This document shows positions 29,922 to 39,229 of a stretch of DNA of 64,000 bases, piece by piece. The first letter of the stretch is position 1, and every line of letters begins with the position of its first letter. The translations under genes were made by a program, and so were the position numbers. This DNA is from Clostridia bacterium (GTDB lineage: Bacteria; Bacillota; Clostridia; UMGS1840), in assembly GCA_017936745.1 (NCBI GenBank), contig JAGBEY010000016.1:192-64191 (forward strand), given 5' to 3'. The notes beneath the pieces were generated by a model. The model was given only the letters and a program-made list of their open reading frames with translations. It had not been told where the DNA came from and made no database searches.

Positions 29922-30899
29922 ATGAAGTATTTCAACAGTGTTTCTATCCCTTGTTACAAGGGAATCAGACAACTGAACATTGATAAATTTTCTTCCGTAA
30001 ATATAATCACCGGCCCTAACGGAAGTGGAAAAACCACATTGTTGCACAGCCTGGATATTCTTTCCAATCCTGCGGATTTTTCTCATTATACTTCCGTTTC
30101 AGGGCAAGACCTTATCTCGTTTTCCAATTCTTTTGACAAACGGGAACCCAATCCCCGTACTAAAATTTCCGGCACAATACTGAATCAAACATATACGGTG
30201 GAAATTTCCTCTCCACTGCCGCTAACAAAGGATGCATTTCTCGGCACGCACAGTTTCACATATCCGAAAAACGGTGAGCAAAAGCAAGTAACCACTTCCA
30301 CACGATACTGTTACGATGAGTCTCCCGCTCCCGTGAAAAATCCGTTGCTTCGCTTCCGCTCAGTTTCCGCCAACAGCAGGCCGCCTTGTCTGAAAAAGAT
30401 TAAAGAGGATGAAGCAATCAGCCGGAAGGTAATTTCCTTTCTGTCCCTGTATGATGAAGAAATTGTGGGATTTCACACGGATGATTTTCAAGAATTTTAT
30501 ATCTGCCATCAAACATACGGAGCTCTTCCGGCAACCTTTTTCAGTGATGGCATCCAATTCTTTTTGAAAATTGCAGAGGCATTTTCAAACTTTTCGGACG
30601 GTGTGTTAGCCATCGACGGGTTTGAATCCCAATTTGCGAAAAACACGATACCGGAGGTTGTAAATTTTGTTTACCAGCTTGCAAAAGAACGGCAAATCCA
30701 GTTATTTCTCACGACGCAAAGTGCAGAGCTAATAGACGAATGGCTGGATTTACTTCACTTTTACAACGAACTTGACAAGCTATGCATAATCCGTCTGCGT
30801 TCCGACAAAAACTCCACAACCTGTCAATTGACAGAGGGAAAACGGGCTTATGAGCTGCGAATGGAGAGGCAGACCGATTTTCGTGATGAAAATAAATAA
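29922..30899 (+). CDS. Stand-alone ABC/SMC-like AAA ATPase (AAA_21-type) with atypical catalytic positions
   Basis: Walker A ITGPNGSGKTTLL. Signature-like FSDGIQFF. Walker B region VLAIDGFES (DG instead of DE). TTQS where THS is usual. ATG 29922 follows AAAGGAAG. Confidence 0.65.
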   Translation: MKYFNSVSIPCYKGIRQLNIDKFSSVNIITGPNGSGKTTLLHSLDILSNPADFSHYTSVSGQDLISFSNSFDKREPNPRTKISGTILNQTYTVEISSPLPLTKDAFLGTHSFTYPKNGEQKQVTTSTRYCYDESPAPVKNPLLRFRSVSANSRPPCLKKIKEDEAISRKVISFLSLYDEEIVGFHTDDFQEFYICHQTYGALPATFFSDGIQFFLKIAEAFSNFSDGVLAIDGFESQFAKNTIPEVVNFVYQLAKERQIQLFLTTQSAELIDEWLDLLHFYNELDKLCIIRLRSDKNSTTCQLTEGKRAYELRMERQTDFRDENK

Positions 30900-30908
30900 G
30901 GAGGACCC

Positions 30909-31454
30909 ATGAAAGAGTATTTTGATTTATTTTTGACCTTTGCCAGAATCGGCGGATTCACCTTTGGCGGTGGCTACGCCATGCTTCCCATGATGCAACG
31001 GGAGCTGGTGGAAAAGAAACAATGGACCACAAACGAAGAACTGTTAAACTATTATGCAGTCGGGCAGTGTACTCCCGGCATTATTGCGGTAAATACCGCT
31101 ACGTTTGTAGGTTCAAAGCGAAAAGGGATTTTGGGAGCAGCATTTGCCACATTGGGAATGGTTACCCCGTCGGTTATCATCATTATGCTGATTGCATCCT
31201 TTCTGAAAAATTTTGCCGATTACCCGGTGGTACAAAATGCCTTTTCAGGAATCCGGATTGCGGTTTGTGCAACCATTTTGGTATCTATCTGGAATTTATG
31301 GAAAAAATCGGTGAAAAAACCGTTGGATTACATTTTCTGCATTGTGGCATTTCTCCTCAGTGCATTTACCCCCATCTCTCCGGTCTGGATTGTGTTATTA
31401 GCGGCGGCAGGGGGCATTTTCACCAATCTCAAAAAGGAGGATAACAAAGAATGA
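30909..31454 (+). CDS. Chromate transporter family protein (half-size, N-type)
   Basis: GGFTFGGGYAMLPMMQRELVEKKQWTT is typical of ChrA halves. Confidence 0.8.
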   Translation: MKEYFDLFLTFARIGGFTFGGGYAMLPMMQRELVEKKQWTTNEELLNYYAVGQCTPGIIAVNTATFVGSKRKGILGAAFATLGMVTPSVIIIMLIASFLKNFADYPVVQNAFSGIRIAVCATILVSIWNLWKKSVKKPLDYIFCIVAFLLSAFTPISPVWIVLLAAAGGIFTNLKKEDNKE

Positions 31455-32008
31455 ATTTGTGGTTACTCTTTTTTGAATTTTTCAAAATCGGATTATTTTC
31501 CGTGGGCGGTGGATTAGCCACCCTGCCTTTCTTAAACAAGCTGGTAGAAAAATACGATTGGTTTACCTCGGGAGACTTAGCAAACATCATTGCGGTTTCT
31601 GAGTCCACTCCCGGCCCGTTGGGAATCAATATGGCAAGCTATACCGGCTTTACAGGTGCCGGAATCATGGGCGGTATCATTGCCACTGTAGGGATTGTAC
31701 TCCCCTCGTATCTTGTGATTTTAATCATTGCAAGCATGCTTCAGAAATTTAACGAAAACCGTTATGTTCAGACTGCATTTGCCGGTCTTCGTTCCTCTGT
31801 GGTGGGGCTGATATCCGCAGCGGTGCTTGGCATTATGGAGCTGAGCTTTATCCAATCGGGCGGTTCAGGCTTGTTGGAATTATTCAACTGGAAAGCCATT
31901 GCTGCATTTCTGGTTTTGGTTTTGCTGCGTTTCCGGTTTCAAAAGGCACATCCCATTATTCTGATTGTCATTGGTGCAGTGGTAGGTATGGCAGTTGGCG
32001 GATTTTAG
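31451..32008 (+). CDS. Chromate transporter family protein (half-size, C-type)
   Basis: SVGGGLATLPFLNKLVEKYDWFT. It overlaps the previous gene by 4 nt. Confidence 0.8.
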   Translation: MNLWLLFFEFFKIGLFSVGGGLATLPFLNKLVEKYDWFTSGDLANIIAVSESTPGPLGINMASYTGFTGAGIMGGIIATVGIVLPSYLVILIIASMLQKFNENRYVQTAFAGLRSSVVGLISAAVLGIMELSFIQSGGSGLLELFNWKAIAAFLVLVLLRFRFQKAHPIILIVIGAVVGMAVGGF

Positions 32009-32020
32009 AAAGGAACAAAT

Positions 32021-33619
32021 ATGATTACAGTTACAAACCTAAGCTTAAATTTTAACGGAACCAGTCTGTTTAAAAATGCAGACCTAAAATTCACTCCCGG
32101 AAACTGTTATGGTGTGATTGGTGCAAATGGTGCAGGAAAATCCACATTTTTAAAAATCCTTTCGGGAGAACTGGAACCCTCCACGGGAGAAGTGGTGATT
32201 CCAAACCATCTGCGGATGTCCGTATTAAAGCAGGACCATTTTGCTTACGATGAATTCACCGTTTCCGATACCGTTATTCAAGGAAACCAGCGTCTTTACG
32301 ACATTATGAAAGAAAAAGAGGTTCTCTATGCCAAGCCTGATTTCAACGATGACGACGGAGTTCGTTTAGCAGAATTAGAGGGTGAATTTTTAGAATTAAA
32401 CGGATGGGAAGCGGAAAGCGATGCCTCCAAGCTGTTGCAGGGGCTGGGACTTCCCGAAAGTATTTTATATGACCAAATGAGCACCTTAGACGGGAAACAA
32501 AAGGTGAAGGTACTCCTTGCACAGGCATTATTCGGAAACCCCGACATTATTCTGTTAGACGAACCGACCAACCATCTGGATGTAGATTCCATCAACTGGC
32601 TGGAAGATTTTCTTCTGGATTATGAGGGCTTGGTTATTGTGGTTTCTCACGACCGTCACTTTTTAAATACAGTCTGCACCAACATTGTGGATATTGATTT
32701 CTCACAAATCAAGATGTTTGTCGGGAACTATGAATTCTGGTATGAGTCCAGCCAGTTAATTCAAAAAATGATTCGTGACCAGAACAAAAAGAATGAAGAA
32801 AAGGCAAAAGAACTGATGAGCTTCATTCAGCGATTCTCTGCAAATAAATCAAAATCCCGTCAGGCAACTTCTCGTAAGAAGTTACTGGAAAAGCTGACCA
32901 TTGAAGAACTCCCGGTCTCCTCCAGACGATATCCCTTTGTAGGCTTTCAGATGGACAGAGAAGCCGGAAAAGACATCCTGTTTGTTGATGGCATTTCCAA
33001 AACGATTGACGGTGTAAAGGTGCTGAACAATGTTACATTTACACTGAACAAAGGTGACAAGGTTGCTTTCTTAGGAGAAAATGAAACAGCTGTTACCACA
33101 ATGTTTCAGATTTTAGCCGGAGAAATAGAGCCGGATGAGGGAAGCTATAAATGGGGTGTTTCCACCACACAATCCTACTTTCCCAAGGATAACTCCGCTT
33201 TCTTCAACAACTGTGACTTAAATTTGCTTCGCTGGCTGGAGCAATATTCCAAAGATACCACCGAAACCTTTCTCCGGGGATTTTTAGGCAGAATGCTTTT
33301 CTCCGGGGATGATGTGTTAAAGCCGGTAAAGGTGCTTTCCGGTGGAGAAAAGGTGCGTTGTATGCTGTCGCGAATGATGTTATTCGGCTCTAACGTACTG
33401 ATGCTGGACCAGCCTACCAACCATCTGGATTTGGAATCCATCACCTCCGTGAACAACGGCTTAAAAGAATTTAAAGGAAACATTCTGTTTGCCTCTCACG
33501 ACCATGAGTTTATTTCTACGGTTGCAAACAGAATCATTGAATTTACCGAAAACGGTATTATAGACAGGAATGATAATTATGACGAATATCTCCAATGGAA
33601 AAAAGAAAACAAAGCGTAA
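32021..33619 (+). CDS. ABC-F family ATPase (two NBDs, no TMD)
   Basis: NBD1 has GANGAGKST, LDGKQKVKV (atypical signature) and LLDEPTNHLD. NBD2 has LSGGEKVR and MLDQPTNHLD, but its Walker A is degenerate (LGENETAVTT). Confidence 0.88.
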   Translation: MITVTNLSLNFNGTSLFKNADLKFTPGNCYGVIGANGAGKSTFLKILSGELEPSTGEVVIPNHLRMSVLKQDHFAYDEFTVSDTVIQGNQRLYDIMKEKEVLYAKPDFNDDDGVRLAELEGEFLELNGWEAESDASKLLQGLGLPESILYDQMSTLDGKQKVKVLLAQALFGNPDIILLDEPTNHLDVDSINWLEDFLLDYEGLVIVVSHDRHFLNTVCTNIVDIDFSQIKMFVGNYEFWYESSQLIQKMIRDQNKKNEEKAKELMSFIQRFSANKSKSRQATSRKKLLEKLTIEELPVSSRRYPFVGFQMDREAGKDILFVDGISKTIDGVKVLNNVTFTLNKGDKVAFLGENETAVTTMFQILAGEIEPDEGSYKWGVSTTQSYFPKDNSAFFNNCDLNLLRWLEQYSKDTTETFLRGFLGRMLFSGDDVLKPVKVLSGGEKVRCMLSRMMLFGSNVLMLDQPTNHLDLESITSVNNGLKEFKGNILFASHDHEFISTVANRIIEFTENGIIDRNDNYDEYLQWKKENKA

Positions 33620-34229
33620 ACCGTTTCCAAAAAATCAAATAAATAAAACTGTCCCCCTTTCCTATTCCAAAAAACAGCACTGGAAAGGCGGCACACTGTT
33701 AGCTCCTATCCCCCCTGCCCTGGTAACAGTGGGAACGATGGAACACCCCAATGTTCTGACGGTTGCCTGGACCGGAATTTTAAACACCATTCCACCGAAA
33801 ACCTACATTTCGGTACGAAAAGAACGGTATTCCTACCCGATGCTGGTAGAACAAAAAGAATTTGTAATCAATCTGCCCAGTGCCAATCTGGTACGAGCAG
33901 TTGATTTTTGCGGTGTGCGAAGCGGAAAAGATATAGATAAATTTAAGGAAATGAACCTCACGTCCGTTCCTGCAGAAAAAGTATCTGCACCGTTGATTTC
34001 GGAATGTCCACTTCAGTTGGAGTGTAAGGTGACCGACACGGTAGATTTAGGCACGCACACCATGTTCGTTGCGGATATTGTAGGAATGGATGTAGCAGAA
34101 GAATGCATTAACCAATCAGGCAAGCTGGAAATTGAAAAATGCAATCTTTTGGCATTCGCTCACGGAGAATATTTTACTCTTGGAAAAAAAGTAGGCACCT
34201 TTGGCTATTCTGTCCGAAAGAGAAAATAA
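33570..34229 (+). CDS. Flavin reductase-like (FMN-binding split-barrel) protein
   Basis: LLAPIPPALVTVGT...NVLTVAWTG pattern. The start is uncertain, because the ORF overlaps the ABC-F 3' end. Confidence 0.7.
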   Translation: MIIMTNISNGKKKTKRKPFPKNQINKTVPLSYSKKQHWKGGTLLAPIPPALVTVGTMEHPNVLTVAWTGILNTIPPKTYISVRKERYSYPMLVEQKEFVINLPSANLVRAVDFCGVRSGKDIDKFKEMNLTSVPAEKVSAPLISECPLQLECKVTDTVDLGTHTMFVADIVGMDVAEECINQSGKLEIEKCNLLAFAHGEYFTLGKKVGTFGYSVRKRK

Positions 34230-34241
34230 TTTCAAAAAAAA

Positions 34242-34271
34242 AATGCAGAAGCATATTGCTGCTTCTGCATT
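34242..34271. terminator. Bidirectional hairpin terminator
   Basis: aatgcagaagc / gcttctgcatt is an 11-bp stem. An A-run lies before it and a T-run after it. Confidence 0.7.
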
Positions 34272-34280
34272 GTAGATTTT

Positions 34281-34433
34281 TTATAAATCGTCTGCGTCCT
34301 GCACCGGCTGAACATTCTGTTCCACAGGCTGACCGGTGTAACTGCCCTGGGGATCTGTTTTTTGACCTACCTCATGAAAAGCACGGATAACCGCTTCCGT
34401 TTTCGGCAGTTTTTTCTTTTTTCTTTGTTTCAT
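34281..34433 (-). CDS. Small basic/acidic 50-aa protein, below the 60-aa cutoff of the ORF track
   Basis: The minus strand has GAGGTG, 7 nt, then ATG, reading MKQRKKKKLPKTEAVIRAFHEVGQKTDPQGSYTGQPVEQNVQPVQDADDL*. A terminator lies immediately downstream. Confidence 0.5.
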   Translation of the reverse strand: MKQRKKKKLPKTEAVIRAFHEVGQKTDPQGSYTGQPVEQNVQPVQDADDL

Positions 34434-34478
34434 TTACAATCACCTCATAAAAGAGTATGCACAAAAAGGAGCGTTTTT

Positions 34479-35276
34479 ATGTTACGGTGTCCCGTTTGTC
34501 GTGAACCCATTCAAAAAACAAACGATAAAACCTATGTATGCCCCAACCGACATAGTTTTGACATTTCCAAAAAAGGATATGTCAATTTTTTGCTGTGTCA
34601 GAATATGCGTTCCAAGCTGCCGGGTGATAACAAAGATATGGTAGAAGCCAGGGAACAGTTTTTATCGAAAGGATATTATTTTTCTTTTCTTCGCGAATTA
34701 AAAAACATAATAGACCAATATCAGCCAACCGATATTCTGGATGCAGGCTGCGGCGAGGGTTACTACACAAGTGGCGTATATTCTACCGACAGAAACATCA
34801 TTGGAATTGATATTTCAAAAAGTGCTCTGCAAAAGGCTGCTCCGAAAAACCGAGACATCACGTATATTGCGGCAAGTCTGTTTGATTTACCCATGAAAGA
34901 CAATTCTGTGGAGCTGCTATTCAGTTTATTTGCCCCCTATGCAGGGGAAGAATTTTACCGTGTGCTAAAAAAAGACGGCATTATGATTTTGGGCATTCCC
35001 GGTGCCGACCATTTATTTGAGCTGAAATCCGTAATTTACGAGACTCCTTATAAAAATCAGGTAAAAGAATATGAATTGGAACACTTCACCTTTTTGGAAG
35101 CCAGAAAAATACATAAAAAAATTAAACTGCAAAATAAAAACGACATTTTAAATTTGTTTCAAATGACTCCCTATTATTATCGCACAAGAAAGGAAGATTT
35201 AGAAAAAATCCATTCACTGGAACAATTTGAAGTGACCATTTCTTTTGAGCTTCTGGTTTATCAAAAGCAATCATAA
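34479..35276 (+). CDS. rlmA: 23S rRNA (guanine-N1)-methyltransferase, RlmA type
   Basis: N-terminal zinc ribbon CPVC...CPNRHSFDISKKGYVNFL and SAM motif ILDAGCGEGYY. ATG 34479 follows AAGGAG. Confidence 0.85.
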   Translation: MLRCPVCREPIQKTNDKTYVCPNRHSFDISKKGYVNFLLCQNMRSKLPGDNKDMVEAREQFLSKGYYFSFLRELKNIIDQYQPTDILDAGCGEGYYTSGVYSTDRNIIGIDISKSALQKAAPKNRDITYIAASLFDLPMKDNSVELLFSLFAPYAGEEFYRVLKKDGIMILGIPGADHLFELKSVIYETPYKNQVKEYELEHFTFLEARKIHKKIKLQNKNDILNLFQMTPYYYRTRKEDLEKIHSLEQFEVTISFELLVYQKQS

Positions 35277-35301
35277 TTTTGACATTTCCTTTGACAAATA
35301 T

Positions 35302-35336
35302 AAAAAAACGCACCCTCCGAGGAGGGTGCGTTTTTA
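35302..35336. terminator. Bidirectional terminator
   Basis: acgcaccctcc-ga-ggagggtgcgt is flanked by A7 and T5. Confidence 0.8.
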
Positions 35337-35357
35337 ATTTAACTTTGAGTAAGAAAC

Positions 35358-37646
35358 TCAGGATGCATTAAATCTTTCCTGATAGAAAATATCAGTCCAG
35401 CTTTCCTGGTTGTTTTCCACTTTGTGGTCATGCCAGTTACTTGCTTCTAAGATTTCGTAGTATGCCCAGTGAGATTCATCAATATCCGGGTAATCCAGAA
35501 CTTTTTCGTAGTTTGCTTCGATGTAAGCTTTATCTGCAGCACGGTTCAGCATTCTGTTAACAATGGTAACCGCTTCGCTACGTTTGATTGCCTGGTCGGG
35601 TTTAAAGGTGCCGTCTTCATAACCTTTCAGCCAGCCTTTAATAACCGCGGAATCAATATATTCTTTTGCCCAATGGCTGTCAGTTACATCAACAAAGGTG
35701 TTTTCTGCACCTTTTTCCAGTTCAAAGAATCTGGAAGCGATGGTTGCAAATTCTGCACGGGTAATCGGTGCATCGGGTTTGAAGGTACCATCTTCATAAC
35801 CGTTGATGATTTTCACGTTAGACAGATATTTGATATAGGGAGTATGCCAAGCACCTTCCACAACATCGGTAAACTGGCTTACGCTATCATCTTTGAATAC
35901 CATTTTCTTCACCAGTAATCTGGAGAACATTGCAGACACTTCGCCTCTGGTAACATTGTCATCCGCATCGAAGTTACCGGTATCTCTACCGTGAACGTAA
36001 GCGATATGTTCACCAGTTAAGGTGGGAGTCAAGCCTCCCTGCAGGTCAATTTTATCGGTGGTAACATAACTGTCGATATATCCGTTCTTCACTGCGAATG
36101 CTTTGATGGTTGTGCCGTCTTCCACCTGGAAAGGACCTTCGTATTTCTGAGATTTTTTAGTGGGAGCAGTACCGTCGGTGGTGTAGTAAATGGTTGCGCC
36201 ATTGGTAGCAGTTTCTAAAGTAACGGTAATGTTTTTGTCACCGTCAACTTCAAAAGTGATGGTAGGTGCTTCTACACGGGAAATTGCTCCACCACCGGTG
36301 GAGGGAGGTGTAGTCTGAACAGTCAGGTTTAATTCCATAAACAGTTCTTTATCATTGTGACGGGTAGGATCATTAAATAAGAATGCGCTATTGGTGTCTC
36401 TGTATAATTTTAAGATACCGCTACCTGCAGCAGAACCGGTTACTTTCAGTAAGCCGGACTGTCTGTCAACAGTTGCATAAGTCAAAAGATTGTCATCGGC
36501 ATCAACCAGCGCAGCATCCAGACTTGCAGATAAGCTGGGATTGAAAGTTGCCAATCCGCCGAGAGATTCTTCGCCGCTTCCATGTTCAAACAGTTTTGCA
36601 AACTCATTGGAAACAACTTTTAAGTACACGGTGCTGCCAACATTCAAGGTAGCCACCAGATTGTTAGGCTCTACGGTTGCGATTTTCTGAGTAGCTGCTG
36701 CATCTGCATATACTTCAACTACTGCATCCATTACGCCGGACATAACAGTGTTCATTACAACTGCTGCTACATCGGCATCAAAATTTTTCAATTCATTAAT
36801 TGCATGAACTAACAGTTTGATAAAGTGAGAGTTTTCCTTATCGACATTAGATAAATCTAAAACCAGCATTCCGTTTGCAGGATTGAGCATTGCAGTTTTC
36901 GCTGCGAAAAGCTGGTCTCCCACTGTTGCAGAATCGTCAAATGCCTTCGCTGCTGCATTTTTTACATAAGGAATAATTGCATCCACATAAGCAGCTGCCC
37001 CGCCCGTTACATAAGCAGTTAAGAAGCTTCCAATGTTGGCTGCAGCCTCTGCTCTTAAGTTTTTCTGGAAATCAATGACAAATGCGCCTAATGCATTTTT
37101 GGTCATATTGTAGCCGGTGGCTTTGTTCAGAACATCAGCGGGGTTTGCTGTGGTTGAACCAACAGTCACATCGGTGTAAAATGCAGCAACCGCTCTGTCG
37201 ATATCATCGTTGATAGTTGTTGCATCGTTAGACACATAGTAATTGCTGTCAAATGCAATTTCATTCACGCTGGTTTTAACTTTTCCGTTTTCAACCTGAC
37301 CGGATTTTGCATCAGGGAAAGTCATCAGTTTGATGAAACCATATGCCAGAATTACTTCTTCATCATCGGTCATTGCAGGAACGGCAGAAGGCATAGGAGA
37401 CACATCACCAGCATCAAACCCTGTTGTTCCGTTATAGAACGATCTTAATGCATCCAACTGGTCCTGAGAAATATTTCTGTAGGCTCTGATTAAGCCTGCT
37501 CCGTAGTGGTTTACACTCGAAGTGGTTTGTTCCCCTAACAGGACTTCTTGAAATTCTTGTTCTGTCATAGTTGTGGCAGCCTGAGATACCACAGTGAAAA
37601 TGGGTAACATCATGATTGCCAAAAGCAAAGCAATGATTTTTTTCAT
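35358..37646 (-). CDS. Large SLH-domain surface protein (three C-terminal SLH repeats)
   Basis: Signal peptide MKKIIALLLAIMMLPIFTVVSQA. C-terminal repeats FTDVVEGAWHTPYIKYL..., FVDVTDSHWAKEYIDSA... and YPDIDESHWAYYEILEA... Confidence 0.8.
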   Translation of the reverse strand: MKKIIALLLAIMMLPIFTVVSQAATTMTEQEFQEVLLGEQTTSSVNHYGAGLIRAYRNISQDQLDALRSFYNGTTGFDAGDVSPMPSAVPAMTDDEEVILAYGFIKLMTFPDAKSGQVENGKVKTSVNEIAFDSNYYVSNDATTINDDIDRAVAAFYTDVTVGSTTANPADVLNKATGYNMTKNALGAFVIDFQKNLRAEAAANIGSFLTAYVTGGAAAYVDAIIPYVKNAAAKAFDDSATVGDQLFAAKTAMLNPANGMLVLDLSNVDKENSHFIKLLVHAINELKNFDADVAAVVMNTVMSGVMDAVVEVYADAAATQKIATVEPNNLVATLNVGSTVYLKVVSNEFAKLFEHGSGEESLGGLATFNPSLSASLDAALVDADDNLLTYATVDRQSGLLKVTGSAAGSGILKLYRDTNSAFLFNDPTRHNDKELFMELNLTVQTTPPSTGGGAISRVEAPTITFEVDGDKNITVTLETATNGATIYYTTDGTAPTKKSQKYEGPFQVEDGTTIKAFAVKNGYIDSYVTTDKIDLQGGLTPTLTGEHIAYVHGRDTGNFDADDNVTRGEVSAMFSRLLVKKMVFKDDSVSQFTDVVEGAWHTPYIKYLSNVKIINGYEDGTFKPDAPITRAEFATIASRFFELEKGAENTFVDVTDSHWAKEYIDSAVIKGWLKGYEDGTFKPDQAIKRSEAVTIVNRMLNRAADKAYIEANYEKVLDYPDIDESHWAYYEILEASNWHDHKVENNQESWTDIFYQERFNAS

Positions 37647-37672
37647 AGTTTTTTGCTCCTTTTTATTTAAAA

Positions 37673-38707
37673 TTATTTATTAACATATTGATAACAATTG
37701 TATAGCATTTGTGCAGCCTCTGCCCTGGTAGCGGTCATTGTGGGGTTGAAACAATTCAACTCGTTTCCGTTAATGATGCCCAGCTCTTTTAAGGTGACTA
37801 CCGCAGTTTTTGCATAGGATGCAATGTAACGGTCATCCTCAAAGCCGGAGGTTCTTAAGCTGCTTTGGTCCATTACCCCCAGCATCTCGCCAATCCGGAA
37901 CATCAGAACCGCCATATCCTGACGGGTAATATTCCGACCGGAGCCGAACATTCCGTCTCCGATTCCCAAAATCAGCTTTCTGCTTGCCATTGTGGTAACA
38001 TAAGGATAGAACCAATCAGTTTCTCTCACGTCGGAAAAAACAGGCTTTTCAGCCGAAGCTTCAATATTGAATGCAACACACATCATTTTTGCAAATTGTT
38101 CCCGGGTTACATTGGCAGCCGGCATAAAGGAAAAGTCGCTGACTCCGTTTAAAATATCTTTATCAAACAAATAGGCAATCGCTTTTTCTGCCCAGAGGTG
38201 ATGTTCCAAATCGTCAAACACATGAGTGGGTTCCCTATCTTTTCCAAAGCCTAAAATGATATATGCTTCACTGGCAATGGCATTGTAAAGGGGTTCAAAC
38301 TCCAGAGGAATGTTACCATCCAAAAGCGATGCAACCGTTTCTTCGGAAAAGGCATCGGTACAAAGTGCGATATAAACCGCCTCCATGGAAGCCGCCGTGT
38401 TAATGGTAATTGTTTTCAACCTGCTTTTTAAATTAGACTCGATTAACGAGCCATTTGCTTTTTCTGCTTCCGCAATGGTCAGCACGGTGTGAATGGTTTC
38501 TTTAAACTTTGCATTCACCGATGCATTGGTAACACCGAGTTCTTCATACAAAGGAACTGCACTGTAAAGCTGAGGTAAAAAGGCAGGGTCCTCACATACT
38601 TTTTTGAACACCCGAACAGTATCCGCATTGGAAATAGCAGCTGCAGTGGCAGTGAATAATGAAAGCACCAGCAAAAGCACCGGGATACATTTTTTCAACA
38701 ACCTCAT
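37673..38707 (-). CDS. SLH-domain surface protein
   Basis: A signal peptide. C-terminal SLH repeats (FDDLEHHLWAEKAIAYLFDKDILNG..., FSDVRETDWFYPYVTTM..., FEDDRYIASYAKTAVVTL...). Confidence 0.8.
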   Translation of the reverse strand: MRLLKKCIPVLLLVLSLFTATAAAISNADTVRVFKKVCEDPAFLPQLYSAVPLYEELGVTNASVNAKFKETIHTVLTIAEAEKANGSLIESNLKSRLKTITINTAASMEAVYIALCTDAFSEETVASLLDGNIPLEFEPLYNAIASEAYIILGFGKDREPTHVFDDLEHHLWAEKAIAYLFDKDILNGVSDFSFMPAANVTREQFAKMMCVAFNIEASAEKPVFSDVRETDWFYPYVTTMASRKLILGIGDGMFGSGRNITRQDMAVLMFRIGEMLGVMDQSSLRTSGFEDDRYIASYAKTAVVTLKELGIINGNELNCFNPTMTATRAEAAQMLYNCYQYVNK

Positions 38708-38870
38708 TTTGTACTCCTAACTTTGGATTGATATCTGTAACAAAAACACTAATCCACTCTTTAGTATGATAACATATCAGAAAAAAAATGTCAAGTTATT
38801 TTTCAGGGAAACCGCTGTTTTTTCAAGGAATTTTTTCATCCCCCAGGCTTTCTCGTGAAACTTCACAAAT

Positions 38871-39128
38871 TTATTTTATTTTTTTGTGAATTTCTTCCAT
38901 TTCCACTAAAATGATATCGTCTCCGATTTTTTTAATTTGGTCAAAAGAAATCACCAGTTCCTCATATTTCCAGAACAGACGAAAAAACCGGTTTTGCCCC
39001 GGAACAATGACAGAAATCACTTTTCCCTGCTCCAAATCAACCTCCACGTCATACACAAAGCCGAGCCGTCTGCCGTTGACTAAATTGATCACTTCTTTTT
39101 TCTGTAATTCTCCCACACGTTCTGTCAT
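38871..39128 (-). CDS. YlmC/YmxH family sporulation protein (PRC barrel)
   Basis: 85 aa, with LQKKEVINLVNGRRLGFVYDVEVDLEQGKVISVIVPG. Confidence 0.88.
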   Translation of the reverse strand: MTERVGELQKKEVINLVNGRRLGFVYDVEVDLEQGKVISVIVPGQNRFFRLFWKYEELVISFDQIKKIGDDIILVEMEEIHKKIK

Positions 39129-39229
39129 AAAAAAAACCTCCTGAAACTGTATTTTCTACATCCTATGCAGGAGGGCTTACACACTATGGCAAAAAAAGAC
39201 GGGATTTTTCAGAAAATCCCGTCTTTCTC

